Part shown: in pieces, positions 58,251-64,000 of the stretch
How positions within the stretch are numbered: position 1 is the stretch's first letter
Layout of the letters: the number at the start of each line of letters is the position of its first letter
Assembly (NCBI GenBank): GCA_044238145.1
Contig: JBIIDT010000003.1
Coordinates: forward strand, 14,155 to 78,154
Length of the DNA stretch: 64,000 bases
Direction of reading: 5' to 3'
DNA from: Pirellulales bacterium
Lineage (GTDB): Bacteria > Planctomycetota > Planctomycetia > Pirellulales > UBA1268
Program-made: the position numbers and the translations under genes
Notes under the pieces: generated by a model
Database searches by the model: none
What the model was told of the DNA's origin: nothing
The model's input: only the letters and a program-made list of their open reading frames with translations

Positions 58251-58387
58251 GCCCGGTGCCGGATTTCAGGGGCGGAATCGCCCTGCCTTCGGCCGGGGGG
58301 TTCTGTTACACCTCTCCCGTCCGACGCCCTCAGCCGCCTGGCAACATCTGCCGACGTTTGGGCCGCTTCGTGACTCGCGAGGCCCTC

Positions 58388-58954
58388 ATGCTGTCGGTAG
58401 CCGTCCACCTGGTGTGCTGGTTCGTGGCGCTCGTGGTGCTGATGTCGCTCATCGAGCACCAGGTGCACTGCCGGCTGATGCACAAGATGCCGCGGTTCTT
58501 CCTGTGGCGGCACCTGCATGCCCGGCGGCGGATGTTCACGAGCCATGCCGTCGAGCATCACCGGCAGTATCGCCACTCCTTCCACGACGAGCCCGTGCCC
58601 CACGGCGAGGATCGCGGCATCCGGCTCAACCTCTGGGAAGGGCTCCTCGAGTCGCTGGCCGTGAGCGGCATTCTGGTCTGGTTCTCGACGACGGCCGCGA
58701 TCATGTTCCCGATGGTCGTCTGCCTGCACCACGTGCTCTGGAACCTGATCCACCTGGAGATGCACAAGCCCGCGAACCGGTCCTTCGCACGGTGGGCCGT
58801 CTTCAAGGGTGTGGCCCGGCACCACTTCCTCCACCACCGCTATCCCGACAAGAACTTCAACGTGGCCTTCCCGATCGGCGACTACATCTTCCGGACGGTG
58901 GCCAAGCCGACGGACGCCGACTGGCAGGCGATGCGGGCCGAAGGCATCGCCTGA
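58388..58954 (+). CDS. Fatty acid hydroxylase / sterol desaturase superfamily membrane protein
   Basis: The histidine boxes are HQVHCRLMH, HAVEHH and HHFLHHRY. There are 3-4 TM helices. The start was set at the ATG at 58388. Confidence 0.75.
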   Translation: MLSVAVHLVCWFVALVVLMSLIEHQVHCRLMHKMPRFFLWRHLHARRRMFTSHAVEHHRQYRHSFHDEPVPHGEDRGIRLNLWEGLLESLAVSGILVWFSTTAAIMFPMVVCLHHVLWNLIHLEMHKPANRSFARWAVFKGVARHHFLHHRYPDKNFNVAFPIGDYIFRTVAKPTDADWQAMRAEGIA

Positions 58955-59595
58955 GGCGACCGTCCGACGCGCCTGGCCGCACCACACCCAACCCGCAAAA
59001 AGGCGGAAAGGGCAAGGCCGGCGACAAGCAAGGAGCATGTCGCCGGTTCGGGAACCGCGACCACCGAGAGCGGTAAATAACCGCTTCCTGAGCCGAGGAC
59101 GAGGTTCTGGCCAATCAAGCTCTCGAAGACCGGGATGTCGGCGGCCGGGAGACCCGCATAGCTCACAGCAGCCGACGGTCCCTTTCCCGTCAGCGTCGTG
59201 ATGTCGCCGCTCCCCGAACCAAGGTCCATGAACACGTAGTTCTGGCCAGAGTTGGTGATCATGCTCATCGTACCGTACATCGGCAGCGTCGCAGACTCCA
59301 CAAACAGGTTCTCGGGGCTGATCGTGATGATGGCGCTCGTTGGCACCGTCGTAGAGAAGTAATGGATGAACTGCACCAGATACGACCCACCGGCTCCGGG
59401 ATCGAAAGGATCGTTGGGGCTGTACGCGGCGTTGCCCGTATCGGTGCCCTCGATGAAGAAGGTGTCATTGGCCGAATCGATCCGCATGATGAGTCCTGCG
59501 GACACCGGCCGGGGCAGAAGGATAGCCGACACCGTGAGGGCGATCACGATCGCGAGGCGAGTCAGCAGGTTCGCGTGAGTTTGGGAAGCGGTCAC
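58882..59595 (-). CDS. Secreted PEP-CTERM-type protein
   Basis: A GTG start is preceded by GGAG, and the signal peptide is LLTRLAIVIALTVSAILLPRPVSAG. The C-terminal sorting-like signal is VAVPEPATCSLLVAGLALSAFLRVGCGAARR, but the frame runs about 28 codons past it. That tail overlaps the hydroxylase 3' end by 73 nt. The gene looks less GC-rich than its neighbours. Confidence 0.6.
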   Translation of the reverse strand: MTASQTHANLLTRLAIVIALTVSAILLPRPVSAGLIMRIDSANDTFFIEGTDTGNAAYSPNDPFDPGAGGSYLVQFIHYFSTTVPTSAIITISPENLFVESATLPMYGTMSMITNSGQNYVFMDLGSGSGDITTLTGKGPSAAVSYAGLPAADIPVFESLIGQNLVLGSGSGYLPLSVVAVPEPATCSLLVAGLALSAFLRVGCGAARRVGRSPQAMPSARIACQSASVGLATVRKM

Positions 59596-59889
59596 GAAAA
59601 TGGCTCCGTTGTGACAAGGTCTTTGACAAGCCCCACCGCCATCGCGAGATACGAGTAGCCGCCGGCAGGTGATCTCGGCTTCAATGCAAGGGATGGCTGG
59701 AGGTCGCCATCCATTGCTTAGCACCACCGGCAGAAGTACGTGCCGGTCAGATTGCCGTCAGCGGTCGATTGCTCGTCGCGACGGTGGTGGGTGCTTGCAG
59801 TAGCGGTGCGGGAATGGGGAACCGGAAGTCGGGCAGACGAACGCCCCTCGAGGGGGACGGCTCGTTCGGATCACGAACCAAACCGAAAG

Positions 59890-59963
59890 TGGGCAGCACA
59901 GGATTCGAACCTGTGACCTCTACGGTGTGAACGTAGCGCTCTAACCAACTGAGCTAGCTGCCC
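59890..59963 (-). tRNA. tRNA-Val (anticodon CAC)
   Basis: The cloverleaf was read by hand. The acceptor stem is GGGCAGC/GCTGCCC. The D arm is GCTC-AGTTGGTTA-GAGC. The anticodon arm is CTACG-TTCACAC-CGTAG. The T arm is ACAGG-TTCGAAT-CCTGT. It is 74 nt long and CCA is not encoded. Confidence 0.95.
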
Positions 59964-60078
59964 GACACGAAGCCAGAGCGGACAAGGATAGCACTCGCCG
60001 CAGGGTCCGTCACGGGTCTCAAATCGTCCAGCAGCCGCGGGCCACGTCAGCCCGCAAGCGGCGTTCCCCCCAACCGCT

Positions 60079-60360
60079 TCAGCCCGCCTGCGCGTCGGGG
60101 GCGGACGGGGGCTCGAACCGGGGCGAGGCGACCGTGGCCACCGGGTCGTCGTCGAGATGCCGCACCGTCCGTCGCGGCGCCGGGGCCCGACCGTCGATGT
60201 GGGCAGCGACGTCGAGTTCCTTCGAGAGGGTCGACCACTGCTTCCGCAGTTCGCCGATCGTCTGGCCGAACGTGCGGCCCACCTCCGGCAGCCGCTTGCC
60301 GTACAGCATGACGGCGATCGCGCCGATGGCGACGAGTTCGAAGGGGCCGAGGCCGAACAT
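60079..60360 (-). CDS. tatB: Twin-arginine translocase subunit, TatB-like (longer paralogue with Glu8)
   Basis: MFGLGPFELVAIGAIAVMLYGKRLPEVGRTFGQTIGELRK is a TatA/B-family TM helix plus amphipathic helix. The Glu at position 8 and the longer 93-aa tail favour TatB. Confidence 0.72.
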   Translation of the reverse strand: MFGLGPFELVAIGAIAVMLYGKRLPEVGRTFGQTIGELRKQWSTLSKELDVAAHIDGRAPAPRRTVRHLDDDPVATVASPRFEPPSAPDAQAG

Positions 60361-60413
60361 GCCGGGGGCGATTCCTGGGGGCGGGGCGACCGTCCGGCCG
60401 CCACCGGTGACGA

Positions 60414-60608
60414 TCAGTCGGGGCGGCTGGCGTCGCGCGGGGCGGCGGCCTGGTCGTCGATGCCCTGCACGCCGCGCTTGAACTCCACGATCCCCTCGCC
60501 GAGCGACCGCATCACCTTCGGCAGACGGGTGCCGAAGAGCAGCAGCACGACGCCGGCGACGATCAGGAGTTCCACCGGCCCGAGACCGAAGATGGCGAAC
60601 AGGTGCAC
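60414..60608 (-). CDS. tatA: Twin-arginine translocase subunit TatA
   Basis: The core is FGLGPVELLIVAGVVLLLFGTRLPKVMRSLGEGIVEFKRG. The protein is 64 aa. The GTG start has GGAG 9 nt upstream. Confidence 0.85.
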   Translation of the reverse strand: MHLFAIFGLGPVELLIVAGVVLLLFGTRLPKVMRSLGEGIVEFKRGVQGIDDQAAAPRDASRPD

Positions 60609-60680
60609 GAGACGAATCTCCCTTCGAGGTGGCGACTCGCCGCCACGGCTCGCCGCGGCCGGACCGGACGCGACGTTTCG

Positions 60681-60708
60681 ATTCTAGCTCCGCATCGGCG
60701 AGATTCAA
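60681..60708 (-). promoter_or_regulatory. Sigma-70-like promoter candidate (TTGAAT-16 nt-TAGAAT) upstream of tatA
   Basis: The minus strand reads TTGAATCTCGCCGATGCGGAGCTAGAAT, about 70 nt upstream of the tatA start. This argues that tatA-tatB is transcribed separately from the upstream exbBD cluster. Confidence 0.4.
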
Positions 60709-60742
60709 AGTTTCCGGCAAATGCTCGCGTCACCGACGGCCA

Positions 60743-62341
60743 CTAGGGCGCCGCCGCCACCCGGGCCGGCTGCCGGTGCATCGGCAGGTGCCGGTAGTAG
60801 ACCTCCAGCGTCATCGCCGCCAGGGCCGTCGCATAGACCCTGCCGCCGTGCCCGCCCCACACCGGGTCGGGATCCCAGCTGCCGTCGAGGGCGGTGCCGT
60901 CGCGGCGCTGCAGTGGCAAGAGGGCGGCCTGCAGGGCCGTGTTCCAGCGGTCCCACTGGGGGCCACCGGCATGGAATGAGGCGAGCGTGGCGTAGTACCA
61001 GGCGTAGGCGTTGGGCCGCGACCGGTCGGGGGGCGTGCGGGCGAGCAGGTCGAGAGCCTCGATGGCGGCGGGATGGTCGGCGGGCATGCCGAGGAGGAGC
61101 CGGCAGAAGAGGGCCTCGGCCGTCATCGTGAGGCTCGTCCGCTCGCCGGGCCGGTAGGCCGCCAGTCCGCCCGCCGTGCCGGAGGAGACACCTTGCAGGA
61201 AGGGCAGGGCCCGGGCCTGGGCGGCCTCGAGCCCGGCGATGCCCGCGTTCCGGCCGCTCGCGAGCACCATCAGCTGCCAGCCCAGTTGGCTCGTGTCGCC
61301 ACGGTCGCCCGCCGCGTACCGCCAGCCGCCGGTGGCCGGGTTCTGCATGGCGAGCGTGTGCCTCACCGCCCGCTCGAGCGCCGGCCGCAGCGCGTCGTCG
61401 CCCGTCATGGCGCAGGTCTCGGCCAGCGCGATCGTCGCCATGCCGTGGCAGTACAGGGCCGCGAAGAACTCGGCGTCGCCCGCGAGCGAGCCGTCGGACC
61501 GCTGCCGGCCGATGAGGAACGCGGTTCCGCGCCGCACCGTGTCGGCGTAGTCGCCGTCGCGGTGCGTGTTGCCGGCGCCGAGGAAGGCGAGGAGCGCCAG
61601 CCCGGTGACGCCGTGGTCGCTGCGGGCGCCGGCCCCGTGGCGATGATGCCCCTGCACGGCCCGCTCCACCCCGGCCCCATGCCGAGCCGCCGCCCAGCGG
61701 CCGTCGCTCGACTGGTTGGCCGAGAGCCACGCGAGCGCCGCCGTCACCGCCTGCTCGGTCTCCTGCGAGCCGCCGCGGGCCGCGGCCGCAGCCGCCCGCC
61801 GCTCGCCGATCCGGTCGGCATACGACTCCGGCATCGGGTGGGCTCCCGCCGCCACCGTGCCGAACGGCCCTGCGGCCGCCGGTTCTTCGGCCACATCCCC
61901 CGCCTCCCGCGATGCATCGGCCGGCTCGACTGCCGCTTCCAGCAGCGGCAGCGGCTCGCCGCCGGCCAGGGGCTCGGCCGGCGGGACCTCCCCGGCCACG
62001 ACGGGCACGAGCTTCGCCTCCGGTAGGGGCTCTGGCTCCGCCTCCGTCTCCTCCTCGCGAACGGCCGCGGCGCCGTCCTCGGCCAGGTCCGCCTCCGCGA
62101 CCGGCTCCTCGGCGAGGATCACGGTCATCGCCATCCGCCCCTCGTCGTTGCGGCCCCACGAGGCGGGCATCAGGCCACCGACGAACGCGCACACCGCCGC
62201 CAGCACGGCGTGCAGGAGGAGCGAGAGAAACGTGCACTTGGCGAGCGTGTGCGACTGCAGCCACCGGGTGCGGACGAGCACGGCGAAGCCGATCGCCGCC
62301 GCGGCCAGCAGGAAGGCGCCGGCGATCCAGACCGCTCCCAT
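60743..62341 (-). CDS. Membrane-anchored protein: TonB-like N-terminal anchor (S-x3-H), Glu/Pro-rich spacer and a C-terminal prenyltransferase/terpene-cyclase-like alpha-alpha toroid repeat domain
   Basis: The N-terminal hydrophobic helices include LSLLLHAVLAAV. The spacer is EEPVAEADLAEDG...EAEPEPLPEAKLVPVVAGEVPPAEPLAGGEPLPLLE. The C-terminal repeats are SSDGRWAA, RSDGSLAG, ATGGWRY and DGSWDPDPVWGG. It occupies the tonB position 13 nt after exbD. Confidence 0.6.
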   Translation of the reverse strand: MGAVWIAGAFLLAAAAIGFAVLVRTRWLQSHTLAKCTFLSLLLHAVLAAVCAFVGGLMPASWGRNDEGRMAMTVILAEEPVAEADLAEDGAAAVREEETEAEPEPLPEAKLVPVVAGEVPPAEPLAGGEPLPLLEAAVEPADASREAGDVAEEPAAAGPFGTVAAGAHPMPESYADRIGERRAAAAAARGGSQETEQAVTAALAWLSANQSSDGRWAAARHGAGVERAVQGHHRHGAGARSDHGVTGLALLAFLGAGNTHRDGDYADTVRRGTAFLIGRQRSDGSLAGDAEFFAALYCHGMATIALAETCAMTGDDALRPALERAVRHTLAMQNPATGGWRYAAGDRGDTSQLGWQLMVLASGRNAGIAGLEAAQARALPFLQGVSSGTAGGLAAYRPGERTSLTMTAEALFCRLLLGMPADHPAAIEALDLLARTPPDRSRPNAYAWYYATLASFHAGGPQWDRWNTALQAALLPLQRRDGTALDGSWDPDPVWGGHGGRVYATALAAMTLEVYYRHLPMHRQPARVAAAP

Positions 62342-62354
62342 CGCCCCCTCCCGC

Positions 62355-62780
62355 TCAGCGCCGGCGGGTCGCGGGCCGCGTCCGCACCGAGATCGCGACG
62401 TGCCGCACGCCCGCCCCGCGGCAGGCCTCGTAGATCTCCGCCATCCGCCCGTGGGGCACGGTCGTCTCGCCGCGGATCATCACGGCCACGTCGGGCCGCT
62501 CCTGCCGCACCGCCGCGAGTCGTGGTGCGAGTTCCTCGATCGCGACCTCGTCGGGCCCCAGCCGCACCGCGCCCGAGGCCTCCACCTCCACGATCTCCGG
62601 CCGGGCCCCGTCGACCACTGCGGCCCCACCGACCTGCGGCAGGTCGAGGTCGAACTTCCGCTCGTCGCCCGAGAACTTCGTGGCGCACATGAAGAAGATC
62701 GTGAGCACGAGGATCACGTCGATCATCGGCGCCAGGTTGGGCGCCGGATCCTCGTCGGCCTCGAGTCGCACCAACGGCAT
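62355..62780 (-). CDS. exbD: ExbD/TolR-family biopolymer transport protein
   Basis: NLAPMIDVILVLTIFFM is the TM segment carrying the conserved Asp. The periplasmic domain includes VMIRGETTVPHGRMAEIYEACRGAG. Confidence 0.88.
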   Translation of the reverse strand: MPLVRLEADEDPAPNLAPMIDVILVLTIFFMCATKFSGDERKFDLDLPQVGGAAVVDGARPEIVEVEASGAVRLGPDEVAIEELAPRLAAVRQERPDVAVMIRGETTVPHGRMAEIYEACRGAGVRHVAISVRTRPATRRR

Positions 62781-62784
62781 CGCC

Positions 62785-63666
62785 TCACCCCGCCCTGCGT
62801 TTCGGCTCGGTCGCCCGCGCCTCGGCGAGCGCCTCCTGCGAGATCTCGTCGATCACCTGCTGGCAGGTCTCGTCGAGACGCATCGCCAGCCGGTCGACGC
62901 GGCTGGTGAAGGTCCAGTGCAGCACCATGGCGGGGATCGCCACGAGCAGCCCCATCGCGGTGGTGATCAGCGCCTCGCCGAAGCCCCGGGCCAGCAGGTC
63001 GGGCCGGCCCATCGCCCCGGCCGAAGCCACGTCGTTGAACGAGCGGATCAGGCCGAACACCGTGCCCAACAGGCCGAGGAGCGGCCCGATGGTGGAGATG
63101 CCGTTGAACACCCGCCGGTAACGGCGCAGGTGGTTGAGCTCACGCTCGCAGGCGTCGATGGCGGCCTGCTCGATCTCCACGGCCGGCTTGCCCCAGCGGC
63201 GCACGGCCGCGGCGAACACGCGGGCCGCCGGGCTGCCGTTCTCGTCGCAGGCGTCGAGGGCCGCACCGCGGGCGAGCGCTCCGGCCTGCAGTTGCTCGAT
63301 GAACCGCGTCACGAACAGCGTCGGGACGATGCGGCCGGTTCGCAGGCTCACGGCCCGCTCGATGCCGAACACGGCCAGGGCGAACGAGCAGCCGAGCAGC
63401 GGCACCATGAGGATGCCGCCGTCGCGGATCGTGGCGAGCAGGTTGCCGGTGGGGATCGCCGCCTCGCCGCCCCCCGCGTCGCCCCCCGCCACGGCCGGCG
63501 GCACCTCGGCGACGCGGAGCGGTTCGCGGGCCGCCCCATCCGCGCCGGCCCAGGCCCGCGGGGCTTGGGCGAGCGTCGGCGGCGCGAGAGCCAGGGCCGC
63601 GCCGACCACGGCGCAGGCCGCGCTGGACCGCACGATCACGGAGATCCATCTCCTGCGAGCCGTCAT
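62785..63666 (-). CDS. exbB: MotA/TolQ/ExbB-family proton channel with a signal peptide and an N-terminal extension
   Basis: STIGPLLGLLGTVFGLIRSF...GEALITTAMGLLVAIPAMV is the conserved channel core. The start was set at the ATG at 63666 (MTARRRW). Confidence 0.88.
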   Translation of the reverse strand: MTARRRWISVIVRSSAACAVVGAALALAPPTLAQAPRAWAGADGAAREPLRVAEVPPAVAGGDAGGGEAAIPTGNLLATIRDGGILMVPLLGCSFALAVFGIERAVSLRTGRIVPTLFVTRFIEQLQAGALARGAALDACDENGSPAARVFAAAVRRWGKPAVEIEQAAIDACERELNHLRRYRRVFNGISTIGPLLGLLGTVFGLIRSFNDVASAGAMGRPDLLARGFGEALITTAMGLLVAIPAMVLHWTFTSRVDRLAMRLDETCQQVIDEISQEALAEARATEPKRRAG

Positions 63667-63798
63667 GAATGGCGTCCGTCGCGCGCAGTATGCCCGTTCC
63701 CTCGGGCCGCACCCGCCGGAAATCATCGGCCGCCACCGCCGTCGGCGGCCCTTCCTTCGCGCCCGATCGTTACGACCGTCACGATCCCGCAGGCCGCA

Positions 63799-63827
63799 GC
63801 TGCCGGGGCCATGGATGGCCCGGCAGC
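63799..63827 (-). terminator. Hairpin downstream of the partial Cys/His-rich gene
   Basis: The minus strand reads GCTGCCGGGCC-ATCCAT-GGCCCCGGCAGC, which has one bulge. It begins 7 nt after the stop at 63834. There is no U-tract. Confidence 0.35.
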
Positions 63828-63833
63828 CCGTGC

Positions 63834-64000
63834 TCAGAAGTTCGCGTCGCACCCCGTGCAGACGTCGCCCACCATGTGCAGATGGTCGTGGTCGATGTAC
63901 ACGACTTCCTGGCAGTCCTCGTCCACGAGCGTGTGCGGCACCGGCCAGCCGACCCGCGTCACCTCCTGGAAGTAGACGGTGCACTTGTAGTGGGCGTGGT
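63834..64000 (-). CDS. C-terminal fragment of a Cys/His-rich protein of unknown function (5' end outside the window)
   Basis: The hand translation is ...HAHYKCTVYFQEVTRVGWPVPHTLVDEDCQEVVYIDHDHLHMVGDVCTGCDANF*. Nearly every codon ends in G/C. It is too short in the window to appear in the ORF track. Confidence 0.6.
   Translation of the reverse strand, partial: HAHYKCTVYFQEVTRVGWPVPHTLVDEDCQEVVYIDHDHLHMVGDVCTGCDANF

Noticed and set aside
59824-59963. A possible integrated island at tRNA-Val, with an att-like partial repeat of the tRNA 3' end.
   Set aside because: Only about 14 of 16 positions match, and the site is 60 nt from the tRNA. There is no integrase, and the cargo is a single gene. 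It is kept only as a weak hint in the PEP-CTERM finding.
60079-60608. tatA and the tatB-like gene as part of the exbB-exbD-toroid operon.
   Set aside because: A 134-nt gap separates them and contains a good TTGAAT-16-TAGAAT promoter candidate. Tat subunits are housekeeping genes. No tatC follows, because tRNA-Val is next. They were therefore treated as an independent unit.

Overview
The window is a very GC-rich chromosomal segment (about 70% GC by eye, not computed). It is most likely from a member of the Planctomycetota. That is inferred from DUF1501, DUF1549/DUF1553 and PSCyt1-WD40 genes, an LEPR-type N-terminus, a PEP-CTERM protein and RRM RNA-binding proteins. I support about 58 protein genes plus tRNA-Val(CAC). 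I found no rRNA, CRISPR array, transposase or integrase.

All functional calls come from reading motifs in the supplied translations; no database search was run. Many long ORFs in the track are antisense or upstream-extension artefacts of the high GC content. Those were trimmed or rejected.

Recognisable content:
- A split hopanoid locus: hpnG, hpnE-D-C, ispH, then hpnH-shc.
- Housekeeping genes: guaA, surE, ettA, rpsR.
- queF and queC-queE.
- glcD-E-F plus a class-V aminotransferase.
- Two two-component pairs.
- An SPFH/NfeD pair.
- A thioesterase plus ABC/FtsX transporter operon.
- An HtrA-type protease.
- tatA and a tatB-like gene.
- An exbB-exbD pair.

Most interesting observations:
1. exbB-exbD is followed by a TonB-like anchor whose head domain looks like a prenyltransferase/terpene-cyclase toroid.
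2. A 48-aa protein with three CxxC pairs, too short for the ORF track, is start/stop-coupled to a tandem FGE-domain protein.
3. A roughly 130-170 bp intergenic repeat family has perfect terminal inverted repeats. Three clear copies exist, and one supplies or overlaps a start codon.
4. A three-gene operon encodes a HemN-like radical SAM enzyme, a DUF116-polyprenyl synthase fusion and a UbiC-like lyase.
5. A DUF1501 / PSCyt2-PSD1 / PSCyt1-WD40 triad.
6. A trypsin-fold paralogue that has lost its catalytic residues lies next to the HtrA-type protease.
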